Assembly: GCA_964016885.1 (NCBI GenBank)
Contig: OZ024740.1
Location: 394,568,001 to 394,632,000, forward strand
Origin: Eledone cirrhosa
Taxonomy: Eukaryota
Length of the DNA: 64,000 nt
Reading direction: 5' to 3'
The position numbers and the translations under genes are program-made. The notes below the pieces were generated by a model that saw only the letters and a program-made list of their open reading frames with translations, did no database searches and was not told the DNA's origin. Numbering within the stretch: the first letter of the stretch is position 1; each line of letters starts with the position of its first letter. Below are positions 13,131 through 28,986 of this stretch, in pieces.

Positions 13131-13745
13131 TATGAGTCCATGTCTCTGTGTGTGTATGTGTCCGTGTCCGTGTCTGTGTGTCTGTGTGTCTGTGTCTGTG
13201 TCTGTGTCTGTGTGTGTGCATACGTGTGTGTGTGTATGCGTATGTGTGTGTATGCGTGTGTCTGTGTGTGCTGTGTGTAAGTGTGAATGTGTGTGTGCAC
13301 CTATTGTTCATTGTAAGTGTTGGTAATGTGTGTCTAAGTTTGTAGGTGTGTGAATATAGGTGTTGCGTTAGGAGGGATATTTTGCGGGTGTTGTTTGTGA
13401 ACTTTCTAAGTAGGGTGTCTGGGTATTGTGTTTCATGTTGAGGGTGGTGTACAGAAGTAGCGTTCTATGGAGGTATTGTATGCCTATATAGGAAGTGCGT
13501 GTGGGTGTAGAGGTAGTATGTGTACTTGTCATTGTTAGGGGATATAGCATGTATAGGTATTGTCTGGGTTGTGTGTGTGGTTATTGTATGGCTGTTTTCT
13601 GGGTGTTGTGTGCACTCTTTCATCAACATGAATCGGTCAACTAAATAGCATTACTTTTTTATATCTAATGTTGTACCTAAGCCAATATATATATATGTGT
13701 GTGTGTGTATGAGTGTGTGCGTGTCTACGTGCGTGTATGGACATG

Positions 13746-13808
<63 letters not shown>

Positions 13809-13810
<2 letters not shown>

Positions 13811-13838
13811 TACCAGAGGAACCCGGATTTGCCCGGGT
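13809..13838 (-). mobile_element. Helitron-like 3' terminus (hairpin + degenerate CTAG)
   Basis: The minus strand reads cccgg-gcaaat-ccggg followed by ttcctctgGTAG. Confidence 0.45.
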
Positions 13839-13850
13839 TAAAGAAAATAA

Positions 13851-14237
13851 TTGTTTCTACATTTGACACAAGGCCAGCAATTACCCAGTACATTACTGGT
13901 ACTTTATTTTATCGACCCCGTAAGGATGAAAGGCAAAGTTAACCTCGACGGGATTTGAACTCAGACCGTAAAGGGACGTAACTATGCTAGAAAACATGGC
14001 GTCCAACTCTCTACCGATACTGCCAATTCACCGCCCTGGCTAAAGAAAATAATTGTTTCTACTTTTGGCACAAGGCCAGCAAATATACAGTGTATTACTG
14101 GTACTTTATTTTATCGACCCCGTAACGATGAAAGGCAAAGTTAACCTCGGCGGGATTTGAACTCAGAATGGCAAGGGCCGTAACTCTATGCGTCAAAACA
14201 TGGCGTCCGACCCTCTACGATACTGCCAATCCACCGC
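13851..14237 (-). mobile_element. Two full-length SINEs in tandem (S2 13851-14036, S1 14053-14237)
   Basis: Both have A/B boxes and the Meta core. taaagaaaataat occurs three times (13839, 14041, 14238). Confidence 0.92.
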
Positions 14238-16004
14238 TAAAGAAAATAATGAAAGTTCATTCAAAACGTTTTCTAGGGTATATTTGAAACTCCTAATATA
14301 GCTGTTTCTTTTATGTAACATATCTTATAGTTACACGTTGAAGATATCTATCTCAACTACTGTCTTCTGAGCACCTAATTATTGTTAGTCTTCATATTTC
14401 TCACACGCCGATGTTGTTAACGTAGATTTCAAATATTTCGGCCAACTGGATATTCTTCACCAATTAATTTTCTCATCTGCAAATATTTCTGGCTGAAACT
14501 GTGACTTTCCTAAGCTTCTCTACTCTTTTCGTACCATTAAACTTAACATCATCCTTGCCAGTTTACTTTCGGCTTCATCAAATAATCTGATCACGGCATA
14601 AGGAATGTAACCCACCTTGCGTGATCACATGATCTACAATAATCTACACTCAATAAATGCAGTATTTTAATTCAACAAACTGGCTATATGTGGAGTCGTT
14701 TCATTAGATGGTTTGCTTTGGTATCGTTTTGTTACGGTTTAAAGCACAGGGTTAGACATGATAAAATAAAGTACTGGTTGAGCTTTTAGATGACTTTTAC
14801 GAGTGTTAGAAATCCTTAATCGTACGTATTTTCTTGAAGTTCGATAACATAAAGAGGCAATGTTAATTAGCGAGGTGTTAAGTCAGAACTTCAAGAGATA
14901 GAACTTAATACTGTAAGTCAATTAATCAAGCTCATTGGCACAGCAATTCCACTGCTCAAACGATAAAAAAATCAGCTTCAGCATTTAACGAGTCAAACAC
15001 TGTCTAAATGGTGGCTTGACTTGCTAGAAATGGCAGCTAGATTTTCCTCAATCATATCCAACTGCCTTTAAAAGAAAAGAATCACATAAGACAATAGAAG
15101 AAGTATAATGTAATCGGTGATATACAAAACGAGTTGGCCATTAATAACATTGTTTTATAATCTCTTTACTCAGTAAGGATCAACCTGGAGTTAATGATAA
15201 TAATAAATATATATATCTTGTCTTCCTTCGTGTCTTCCTTTCTAAATGTGTGATGTTTGTTGATGTATAGCTATGAATACACTATAGAGTAGGTAAACTT
15301 GACGTAGTAATTCGATCCAATTGCAGTGAATTAAGAACTAGTGTATTTCGTCATATCCGCTTGTATTTACACCTTAATTTTACCTGTTTGTACAAGACTA
15401 TGGCTGAAATGGCAATAAAAGGATTATAATTGTACGATATAAATTTAATCGTGTCTGCACGAGCAGGATTGAACCAGTATTAAACTACAATCAGGACTAA
15501 AGCTTTTGGATGTCGTTTTATATGTTGCTGTTGTTGTTTAACCCCCAAAAGCTCAGATCAAGCAGAAGCAATCATACGATTGAAAGTGCTCTAGTCATGA
15601 CTATACGTCATATTGATTTCTCAGACGGGAGAATTTCACAGCTATATCTAGCGAATCAGGCGGTCATTCCATTTCTTCGATTATCAGGAAAGAGCCAAAA
15701 TATCATTGCACACGTTCTTCATAAACTTTTACACGATGTTACATGTGCCCATCATAATGTAAATAACTGATTACATAAAAACTAGTTTAGACTCCATCAA
15801 TATGGAAATAACTAACCATAAAACGTTTGCTAAATCTATGCACTGTATTGATTAACGGTAGATTTCACATCGCTTCCACAAATTACACCTCTCACTCTCT
15901 ATAACTCCATCGTACACTATCGTATCACACGGGATATCATTCACATACATACACACGCACACGCACTCATATAAACACACACACATGTATATACACACAC
16001 ACAC

Positions 16005-16057
<53 letters not shown>

Positions 16058-16147
16058 CATATACATACACACATATATAGCTATGGATAGCTATGGTTCT
16101 CTTCTCTTGCTCTTTTTATTCCTCTATCTCACTCTCATTAGCTCATT

Positions 16148-16205
<58 letters not shown>

Positions 16206-17333
16206 ATATATATATATATATATATACGTACACATGCACACAAATGTATATGCCTGAATGAATGCATACATACGCATATAACTGTATATAACATGCGTAA
16301 CCATATTTAATAGTGGAGAGCAAAATCAATAGGTTTTAAATCAATATCGATAATAATATCGATGGTTCTCTTCTTGGTCATTAACAGCATCGAATGAGCA
16401 AATAATTCCAGAAACTGATAGACGAATATATAATATAATTATATATTATATCAGACTGTTTTACTACATAGTGTGCATTCCTTCATCATAGATCCGTGAT
16501 AGTTGGGGTTATCGTACAAACTATTTATTACCTAACTGTGGGGCAATACATATATGTCTCACAGACCGTCATATGCAGTTGTGGTTAAATTAAAGGTTAT
16601 GCCAAATGTGTTGTTCTTTAATGTACCTTATACGTGTTTGGGCAGACTTGTATTTTTAAGGCTCTCCAGCCGTGATCTATATTTTTTATCTTTATGATTA
16701 GTGTATCTCGGACCAGATTATTCAACGTGTCTTTCTTATTTATAAAAAAAACCTAGAGCGTGCTTTGAAGGAAATTTACCCAATCTTTGTACCAAGTACA
16801 AGTTGAGCGGCACTCTAGTTAGCTCCTTGAGGATGTTATTAAAGTGTTCGTTCCGACATAGCTGTATACATATAGGTATGTGTATTTGTATATCTAACGA
16901 TATACTTACGAGTTAATATTTGAAAGTCTTTATGTTTACGGTATGTTTACGAATAAATATTTAAAAGCCTTTATGTTGACGGTATGTTTACGAATAAATA
17001 TTTGAAAAGCTTTTAGCTATGAATTTTTAACGGGGATATTTTCAATAATATCTTGACACTGCTATCCAGGATCCCAGATGAAACCACAGCACGGAATGGA
17101 AATAACCTAAAGGCAGTAGCAACGAACTCCCTCCTACATCAATGGTCAGTGAAAGCAGGCTGGATATAGAAAAAGTGAAGCAACAAGGGTGGTGCTAAAG
17201 CATGGCCAAGGCCGGATGGCTGGAACAAGTAAAAGAGTAAAAAAGTATATATATATATATATATATACATACATATATATATTATCCGCATCGAGTCCTC
17301 TTCGGATTTTAGTCTTCACATTTATTATTATTA

Positions 17334-17416
<83 letters not shown>

Positions 17417-17539
17417 TACATATATATATATACATACATATACATAAACATATATACACACAAAAAATATATGCATGTCTGATTTGTGTCGGGTAGACAA
17501 ATAGAGAGAGGTTTGTCAAGCTGGTGACCTTCGATTTCT

Positions 17540-17960
17540 TCTTCGTTTTCTTTGCCCACTTTTATCCTGAGAGTGACGTGGGGGCAGAGTACTCAAACAC
17601 TCCTTCCAGCAGGTCCTGTCAGAAATAAACGTTTCCAACTGATCCGGCTGGAACCCCAAGCGTGACCAGCCTATTGACACTCTGATCTCTGAGCTACGAA
17701 CTCTATCAACTAACTTTACTCTAAAGACACTTCGGAGGAACCCCATTTCGGCCGTTTGTATTCGCGATCGTATTCTTTCGGACATTACCCACAATCCATA
17801 ACCATAGGCAAGAGTTGGCACGAATACCGAATTGAAGATAGTGAGTTTGACTTTTACATCTACCTCCCTTCTTCTCATTACCGAATGTTGAGGCTGGCGC
17901 ATTACTTCAGCTCCTGCAATTCTTGCACTTAATTCAGCCTCCTGCCTTCCATCATTCGAC
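17540..17960 (-). mobile_element. RTE-clade LINE 3' fragment
   Basis: KLTIFNSVFVPTLAYG..W..RIQTAEMGFLRSV..DRVRSSEIR, typical of the RTE post-RT region. Confidence 0.85.
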
Positions 17961-18470
17961 TAAGAAAAATAGACGTTAAAAAAGAAACAAACATAACAAA
18001 TTCCCCAAAGGTAAGAAGACTCCTGGGTTTACTCGTGTAGAATTCGCACAAAAAGCCACGGTCACCCTGTCCGCTAGGGCAAAGTGCCATTTCCCAGTTA
18101 TTCTCCTGATCTACAGGTGTATGCTCAAGGCAGACCCATTCACACGGCCCATGCTCGCCACTCTCACCTACTTTTCAACAAACTGGTTGCAAGGCAGCAC
18201 TTCCCTCTCCACTTTGATTTTCCTCTTCAAGTGAAACCAGAAAAAATAAACAGGGCTTCGCTGAAGAGGAAAGTGACTGTCTTCAATCCTTTCAAACGCG
18301 TTCAACACATGACCTCTTTCGCCATGGTCACCAGGCAGGCAAAAACTCCCTGTCCTGTTCATCTAATGGAAGACGGTGGGGCGATATTCACAATGTATTC
18401 AGTTGATAGTTGCATGCATCCTACACGTGACAGCAGGGGTTCAACTTAAACCCACAGGTTAGCAATACTA
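17960..18470 (-). mobile_element. Degenerate Tx1/L1-type LINE 3' fragment
   Basis: FFWFHLKRKIKVEREVL is homologous to FFKYHFRRKVRVEREVL at ~61.2 kb. Confidence 0.8.
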
Positions 18471-18487
18471 TAATGTTATTATATCCA

Positions 18488-18662
18488 GGCACTATCGGTA
18501 GAGGGTCGGACGTCACGCTTTCCAGCATAGTTACGTCCCTGTACGGTCTGAGTTCAAATCCCGTCGAGGTCAACTTTGCTTTTCATCCTTACCGGGTCGA
18601 TAAAATAAAGTACCAGTAATGAAGTGGGTAATTACTGGCCTTGTGCCAAAAGTAGAAACAAT
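18488..18662 (+). mobile_element. SINE copy (S2)
   Basis: B box, Meta core and tail present. Confidence 0.9.
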
Positions 18663-19126
18663 TATAATAACGATACTGGTTTCTAATAACAATAATGTAT
18701 TACAAAAACAATGGTATTAAGAATTAGTGGTGAGAGCTAAATATGAAATTAATTTGTAAGCATTGTCGTGTTAATGGTAAATACAAAGGAGGATTATGCT
18801 AGTGAAGTGAATTAATATTAGTTGTTATTGTGGTGGTGGTGGTTGTGACAGTGATAACATTAAGAAAATAAAAGATAGGCTGGTAATATACACATATGAA
18901 GGTATATATGTATGATGGCTTCAACTTAAGTATGAGCATCTTGGACCTGGCTTTTAATCCTGGTGGGGACATGGCTAGCAATGCCATGCATAGCAAAACA
19001 TTTCACATATCAAGTGCTTGAAGCCTTTTCTAGTGATGAAAGGCTTTGTACGGGGCCAATCCCAATCGCTGAACATCACTTACATTTACTCTAAAAGTAG
19101 AACTGTCCTACATTATTGATGCAAAG

Positions 19127-19262
19127 AGTTCCGTTCCTTTACGATCTGAGTACAAATCCTGTCGAGGTTAACTTTGCCTTTCATCCTTACGGGGTCGATA
19201 AAATAAAGTGCCAGTAATGTACTGGGTAATTGCTGGCCTTGCGCCAAAAGTAGAAACAATTA
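19127..19262 (+). mobile_element. 5'-truncated SINE (S2-like) within an older interspersed repeat (~19030-19490)
   Basis: TSD-like attattgatgcaaa / attattggatgcaaa. The host repeat is homologous to ~11500-12020. Confidence 0.85.
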
Positions 19263-19774
19263 TTGGATGCAAACAAAGTCGCAGATTTTTTATCAGAGTG
19301 ACCTGAGATGTCTTAATGAAGAGAAGGAGTCTCTCGTTCCACAAAAACAAAACTTTATTAGATGGTCGTTGAGTCGCTTGAGTTCCTCCGCCCTTTGACG
19401 GGTTTTCTTTTTAATCGCGTAGGGTGTCAAAAATCACCCTCCTCACCAAGCAATCTTGGTGAGTGTGCCGGTTTAGTAGCCGACGACTCAACCATGGACA
19501 GTACATGCATGCAAGTACATGACTGCAAGCAAGCATGTATGCATGAATATATAAGTGCTTACGTATGTGCCGACGTATAGACGCACATATTACCGATAAT
19601 AAATAAGTAAAAATAAATAAAAAAGATTAAAAAAATTATAAAGTGCAAAAAATAAATATTAAAAGATGATAATAAAGGTATAAACTGTACAAAATAGAAA
19701 ATTAAGATTAACTTTAATTTAATTAGTAATACTGATAATAAGGATGAAATAAGTAAGGAAAAATATTAACAAAT

Positions 19775-19940
19775 AATTGTTTCTACTTTTGGCACAAGGC
19801 CAGCAATTACCCAGTGTATTACTGGTACTTTATTTTATCGACCCCGTAAGGATGAAAGGCAAAGTTAACCTCGGCGGGATTTGAGCTCAGACCATAAAGG
19901 GCCGTAACTCTTTGCTGCAAAGCATGGCGTCCGACGCTCT

Positions 19941-19941
<1 letters not shown>
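19775..19941 (-). mobile_element. SINE copy
   Basis: Meta core and tail on the minus strand. Confidence 0.9.
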
Positions 19942-19981
<40 letters not shown>

Positions 19982-20111
19982 CTCACGGACATACACACAC
20001 ATATACGTATATATATATACACACATACACATACACATAAATAATATAAAAATATACACGTACTTGCACATATATATATACACACACTCACGCACACATA
20101 CATACATACAA

Positions 20112-20169
<58 letters not shown>

Positions 20170-20241
20170 CGAAGGAAATGTGGTAAGAAACCAGGTGGAC
20201 CATAACGCACCAAAGTACTCAATACTTAGGGTAGTAGAGTG

Positions 20242-20328
<87 letters not shown>

Positions 20329-20347
20329 TTATATATATATATATATA

Positions 20348-22335
20348 GTAATAATAATAAATTTGAAGACTAAAATCCAAAGAGGGCTCGATAAGGATAA
20401 ATATATATCAGATTTATAAAAACCGTAGAGCAAATATTAAAGTTTAAGCAAAGAATCGCTGCTTTCACCCTTAACGGGATTTTCTGAAACTAAAAAAGTC
20501 AATCTGTGAACGCAGAAGTAAATATTTCAAAAAACGTTGCAACCGAAGGAAGACAGGAAGTCGATACTTTGGTTCGTGGAAACGTACCCTGGCAAAGAAC
20601 GGAAAAAAACGAAGATAATACGTCATTATTTGGTGCGGTGAAAACAATTACACACAAAGACAAAACCACGTTTATGGTACAAATGAAGTCGTAGGCGAAT
20701 ATTCTATTAAGTGGTTCAAGGAGACGTTCTCTGGCAATGAACGGAAAAAACGAAGATTATACGTCATTATGTGGATCAAAGAGAACAATTACACGCAAAG
20801 ACAATACCACGTAAATGGTATAACTGAAGTCGTAGACTAAAATTCTATTTAGGAAACAGAATGATTCTCGGCTTCAGAGTTAAGAATAAAGTAAATAAAA
20901 TACAGAGGTAATTGAAATTAAATATATACATACACGCATCCATATACGTATATACACAAGCATACACGAAAACACTCGCCATGGGTATGCAAATACAAGC
21001 ACGTACACAACTAAAAACAAAAAAAAAACACGCACGCACATACAGGACCAACGCAACGCCTCTACTCGCACACATACGAACGTATATACCAAATACATAT
21101 AAAAATTAAAAAAAACAATACATATACATGTGTATATGTGTCTACATAATTAAATAAACGTATATAAATATACACACATAAATACGTATATAACGCGTGT
21201 ACAGACACACACCCACATATAAATACACATATGTACGCGGACTACGTCAACCAAAACACAAAGTACACATATACACACACCCTACATACGTACGAACACG
21301 CATACACACACGGGCGCAAAACTCACGTATACACATCACCAAATGCACATGTACCAGTATATATAATATATACGCCAATAACATATACAAGCAAATATAC
21401 GTACGAGAAAGTATACGTACCTTCACAAAACATACAGGTAATATATACTTAACTATACGAATAAGTAATGGTATTAACATAACATATACTTAGCTACCAC
21501 ATCAAGACGTAAAATATCCGCGTGTAGTTCGTACTATCCGTTAGGGTAAATTGTGGGGCTGTAATACAGGATAGTTTTGTGCAATTTATATTTACAAGCC
21601 GAAATTGCCTCAGATTTTTTGTTTAAGATGTGGTCTTTGGCGAAGTGTATTTCCAAGGCCTCAGCGGCGCAGAAGTCACATGGTCTTTTATTTCCGTTAT
21701 ACGATCTAGCCTAAACTAGGATCTCCCAGTGTAACTTATATTGGGTGTGATTGTCTTTTAGACTCCAGATATAAGCTGAAAGTGAGTGTTTTCGTGTATG
21801 CTTGTGTATGTACGTATATGGATGCGTGTATGTATATATTTAATTTCAATTACCTCTGTATTTTATTTACTTTATTCTTAACTCTGAAGCCGAGAATCAT
21901 TCGGTTTCCTAAATAGAATTTTAGTCTACGACTTCAGTTATACCATTTACGTGGTTTTGTCTTTGCGTGTAATTGTTCTCTTTGCTCCACATAATGACGT
22001 ATTATCTTCGTTTTTTCCGTTCATTGCCAGAGAACGTCTCCTTGAACCACATAATAGAATATTAGTCTACGACTTCATTTGTACCATAAACGTGGTTTTG
22101 TCTTTGCGTGTAATTGTTTTCCCCGCCGCAAATAATGACGTATTATCTTCGTTTTTTTTCGTTCTTTGCCAGGGAACGTTTCCACGAACCATAGTATCGT
22201 CTTTCTGTCTTCCTTCAGTTGCAACGTTTTTTGAAATATTTACTTCTGCGTTCACAGATTGACTTTTTTAGTTTCAGAAGATCCCGTTAAGGGTGAAAGC
22301 AGCGATTCTTTGCTTAAACTTTAATCTGTTATTTT
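20348..22335 (-). mobile_element. 5'-truncated PLE with 540-bp inverted duplication and tail
   Basis: 21540-21787(-) translates LSAYIWSLKDNHTQYKLHWEIL..CDFCAAEALEI..LNKKSEAISACKYK, the same EN C-terminus type as PLE2. 20437-20978 is inverted to 21784-22324. Contains an internal ~141-bp tandem pair. Confidence 0.88.
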
Positions 22336-22336
22336 A

Positions 22337-22371
<35 letters not shown>

Positions 22372-22502
22372 AAGTTTTATTTAAATTGTTGGGTTACAAC
22401 GAGTAAATATTTATAACTGATATAAAAGCACTCAACAAGTATTTGGAGTATATTTACGATATTAAATAAATGGAAACTATATTTATAAAACCATATTTAT
22501 TT

Positions 22503-22560
22503 CATTATATATATTTCAGGGATATCATATTAAAAATATGGTATGCCTTCATCAGACAAA
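22503..22560 (-). ncRNA. Minimal hammerhead-like motif
   Basis: CTGATGA-aggcataccatatt/aatatgatatccct-GAAA-TATA-TA. Stem I is weak. A related 3' half lies at ~60160-60186(-). Confidence 0.6.
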
Positions 22561-22627
22561 ATACAATATAAACAGTCTTATAAATAGATAGATTTGACAT
22601 ACCTTACACTTCAACTTCCATTTATAT

Positions 22628-23319
22628 AATAAACATATGAAACAATCATCGGGAATAATTTGTAAAAGTGTGTAAGCACACATAGCAAGGTAGGTATCTA
22701 ATTAAAGTTTAACTACAACTTTAAAAATAGATACCTTATGAATTGATTAATCTTCCTTGTTTATATTTCATTAAAGAAATATATTTTACCATCAATCGAT
22801 CAGTAAACCACTGTAGCCAAATCCCGGAATCTTGCATGGAATCTTGGAGCATATTCTACAGTGGATATGGCGCATGTCTCTCTCACATGACACCCTTAAT
22901 TTAATTTTGGATATATATACGGCTCCGTAATTGTAGAGCTAACTCAGTTGAAAGGACTCGGCTGCTATTTCTAGTTGTCGATAACCCTATTGATGCCACT
23001 GGGATGAAGCTGGTACGATGTGTGTATTTTTAAAAATTGCAACACGTGCTGCTAGTCATTCGCAGATTTGAATTAGCTGTGTAAACACAGATAGTTAAAC
23101 CTTCTCTCTTGTTGAAAATCTGGGATTTGGCTACTGTGGTTTACCGATCGATTGATGGTGAAATATATTTCTTTAATGAAATATATACAAGGAAGATTAA
23201 TCAATTTATAAGGTATCTACTTTTAAAGTTCTAGTTAAACTTTAATTAGATACCTACCTAGTTATGTGTGCTTACACACTTTTATAAATTATTCCCGGTG
23301 ATTGTTTCATATGTTTATT
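22628..23319. repeat. Inverted repeat, ~198-bp arms (22628-22825 / 23122-23319)
   Basis: Arms are reverse-complementary with scattered mismatches and a 296-bp spacer. Confidence 0.9.
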
Positions 23320-23879
23320 TTAGATACATATATATGTCAATCAATTTCTAGTTGATATATATATATATATATATATATATAATAAATGTAATCTGAATGT
23401 TTCGAATACTAATAACAACATTCGATTCGTTTGCAATTATGCAAACAAGCCTCATTTTTAAAGCCACGTTAGTAGAATGAACGCTTCATTCTTGCTCTTG
23501 TGTTGACATGTAAACAGACCTGCAAACACTAATGTTTCTGGGTATCACCCTTTATCAGTACATATCACTGTTTACCTGCCAATTGTCAGAGCTAGTGAAA
23601 ATATATGCTATTTTCTAAAATATACAGTGACTGATCGGCCTGATTTACATATTAGCAGACTGGCTGATGAGTCAGATCTGCATTTTTACACCTACACAGG
23701 CACGTTACTGGTAGAGATGATAGCTAAGAAAAAAATTACGGTCACGAAATTAGACATTATGAAGCTGATCATAATAGGGGTGGGGATGGTTGGAGGGGGA
23801 CTTGGAGACTAGGTTGAGGTATATAGTTTATCCAATCTACTATTCTGGAAATAACATTGGTCTGTAGGTTCTATACGTT

Positions 23880-24450
23880 GCGTTCGTTTTGTGCATGCAG
23901 TTCTGGCTGCTTTCGGAGAGATTGTTCAGGCTATGGCCCTTCGTAAATAATATTTCATAGCTCCCTGGTATGCATAAACCATAGCCCTTATGTCCACCCG
24001 TGTATGAGCGCGCTTTGTGGAGTATTTTCGATTTCAGTGTGATGAAGATGGACTTCTTCTTGAGGTCCCATACATATGTGGCCAGTGCAGTTTGGTTGTC
24101 TTTGTCCGGTCAACTGAAGGAGTGGATATGGGCGTACCACCAGGTCTTAAAACTGTTAGAAGTGATGCTGAAGTATGTTTTTTGTTGTATACAATGTCAT
24201 CCATCAAACATTTGTTTTCCAGTGGGCAGGTATCATTGTTTAGGAAGTTGCACAGTATCCCCTTTCGGGGGCGGGTTTTGGAATTTGTGGACTTATTCAC
24301 TTTCGGCTGGCTATATTCATAGCTAAATTATGGTAAGTTGAGTAAGAATGTCTAATAGTGTTCCTGTTAAAGATTTTATAGTAATTGAGTTGTGTGGGAA
24401 AGTACTTATTTAATAACTTGAAGAAGATCCTAGCTATTGGTTTTGAGACG
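23880..24450 (-). pseudogene. Degenerate PLE linker/GIY-YIG remnant (PLE2-like)
   Basis: LCNFLNNDTCPLENKCLMDDIVY and TALATYVWDLK..KIL resemble CSCRIKSECPLQGKC..IVY and TALASRIWDLK of PLE2. Confidence 0.75.
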
Positions 24451-24633
24451 GCACTCTTCTCGTTCTAATCTACTACTTGATATCTGTTCTTTAAAATAGG
24501 ACCCACTACCACTACCATCCCCAACCACTAAGAAATCTACAAGTTTCAACAACTCTCTATGTCACAAGCCATTTTTGGTGATTTCATACGAATGAAACAG
24601 CTCTAGTCCCGTAGAAGCCATTTCTTTATTAAA

Positions 24634-25710
<1,077 letters not shown>

Positions 25711-25725
25711 TTCTGTGTGTGTATG

Positions 25726-25758
<33 letters not shown>

Positions 25759-25861
25759 GGGGGGGGGATTGAGAGAGAGAGAGAGAGAGAAATAGGGCGT
25801 GTGAGAGAGAGAGAAAGAGAGAAAAAGATAGGGGAAACCATTGGAGTCGTGGCCGAGTTCA

Positions 25862-25916
<55 letters not shown>

Positions 25917-26629
25917 ACTGAATACTACTGGTTTAGTTCGGATCTAGCTGCCGAAACGGCTGGAGCTCAACCGTCGGTGTCCTGACTCTTTTTCTATATC
26001 CTATATATATATACATACATCATTTACACATTTCATTTACTTAATTTCACTGTATTGATTCTGCAACGCATGGTTTTTATTTCTTTTTTCATTATATTTC
26101 AGTACGTGACCAGGAGCTCGAAATCGAAATATCCACAACTTGTACTTACTATTATTCATCGCTTATTTTTTGCTTGTTTATTTATATTGTTTTTATTTGA
26201 GTTCTTTTTATTTTAACTTTTACATTCTATAATTGTTTATTTATAATTCGTACGATTTATTCTGCTTGCTTGTTTAAATTTTTGCTTTTTAGTTCTAATA
26301 GAAAAAGTTTGCTTCTGATTTTCATATTTTTCCTTTCTTTCTTTGGAGTTCCACAAGTTATAAAGGCTTTGAATGTCTAGCATTTACTTCAATTAGCGAT
26401 TTTTCTACCTCTCCTTTTTAGTTAGTTCTTTCCTTTTTTCTGTTATCAGTCTCTGGCTTTTTCGCAATTTCTATAGTGCTTTAACTTTCCATTTCACCAT
26501 CCCCCTCTCTCTCGTTTCACTCTCACATCATATTTCCCCACACTCACCCATTTATGTTTAAATGTCTCCCTACACAGGCATACGTATTTATGAACATACG
26601 ACAAAAGCAATCGTATATGTATGTATACA

Positions 26630-26712
<83 letters not shown>

Positions 26713-26779
26713 AGAGTCAGGACCCCGACAGCTGAGCTCTGGCCGTTTCGACAGCTAGATCCGAATATATATATATACA

Positions 26780-27191
<412 letters not shown>

Positions 27192-27289
27192 AGACAGATA
27201 GAAAGAGAGAAAGAGAGAGAGAGAAACGTAAAATCCCGAACGCGGCGCCAAGCGTTTTCGGCACCCCGGTCTCAACACTACAGTCTCTC

Positions 27290-27348
<59 letters not shown>

Positions 27349-27900
27349 GTGTCTCCCCACCCTCTCTCTCTCTCTCTCTCTCTCCACACACACACATACA
27401 TATATATATGTATCTATATCCATCTATCTATCTATATATTTATTTATTTATTTATTTATATATATATATATATTTACACACACACACACGCACACACACA
27501 AATATATATATATATATATGTGTGTGTCTGTGTGTACATATACATACATATATACATACATACATACATACATGCATGCATACATACATACATGCTTCTA
27601 TAGTACATTTGTATACACATAACTTCCCAGGAGATAGGTCGTAATTTTATGTGCAGGCATTAGTTTTATGATCAAAGTAATGTCTGTTTGGCAGATAAAC
27701 TGTTTTATTTTGTCAGTTAATCTGTTCTGAACTCAGAGCAATGAAGTAAAAAACATGTAAATATAAATGGATATTAGAATAAACCAGAATATAAATATAT
27801 ACATAATTAATATATGAAATAAAATTAATAAATCTACAAGTACAAATAGAAAATTATTTTGTCTATGTCGTGGAATCTTTTGTAACTGAAATAGTAACGT

Positions 27901-27949
<49 letters not shown>

Positions 27950-28420
27950 GCACACACATATACAAATATGCATATATACATACCTGCAACACAGAACAAT
28001 ACAATATATTGATAATATATATTAGTTAAACGCTTTTTATAGTAGAAAAAAGAGTCGTTAGCCCTTCATCGGAAGATAGAAAGAGAAGAGAGGATTTTGA
28101 GCAAGCGTGAGAGAGAGAGAGAGGCGGGGGACGAAATAGCATAATAGAGGAGAGTCAGAAAAAGTAGTAGACAAAGAAGAAGTAGACAAATATTTCTAGA
28201 GAGTCAGCCATTTTGGATGGATAGCCTTGGCAAAAAGCAACGCGATTAGAAGAGTTGATACTCTAAATAAAACAGATACAGGGTGAAAACACTCTTACAT
28301 TCTGGCAGGTAACCTCTCGAATGACGGCTGCACAAATAATTCACTCAGTCAACGCTCAAAAGGTTTTGGTGATAGGAACGGCTTCCAGGCAGAAACGAAA
28401 TATGCACAGCAGAACCTTTT

Positions 28421-28490
<70 letters not shown>

Positions 28491-28491
<1 letters not shown>

Positions 28492-28760
28492 AGTAAGAAT
28501 ATTTTCGAAACAGCGAGTTGATTTGAAATTATTAGAAATGTTAGATATCGCCGTATTTTGACTAAAGCAATTAAAGAAATTATTTAGCCTGATAGTGGGG
28601 TTAAGAACCCTTGGAGAAATGGAAAAAGATGAGTATTGACGTACATGTACGTCCCATGTACGTCAATACTCATCTTTTTCCATTTTTCCGAGGGTTCTTA
28701 ACCCCACTATCAGGCTAAATAATTTCTTTAATTGCTTTAGTCAAAATACGGCGATATCTA

Positions 28761-28763
<3 letters not shown>
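28491..28763 (-). mobile_element. Fold-back insertion with 109-bp arms and left tail
   Basis: 28539-28647 is inverted to 28655-28763. Unique sequence at 28491-28538. TA-flanked. Confidence 0.85.
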
Positions 28764-28835
<72 letters not shown>

Positions 28836-28836
<1 letters not shown>

Positions 28837-28893
28837 GACAGTTTGTGGAGTAAATATTCAATGATATTAAATAAATGGAAACTTTATTTACAT

Positions 28894-28926
<33 letters not shown>

Positions 28927-28934
28927 GTTATGTA

Positions 28935-28986
<52 letters not shown>

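Noticed and set aside
13320-13620. Possible LINE 3' remnant (also ~7000-7400)
   Set aside because: Similarity was too weak to call without a search.
28585-28625. CTGATAG + ggggtt/aaccct hairpin as an HHR
   Set aside because: Core order is wrong and there is no GAAA-stem III-UH arrangement.
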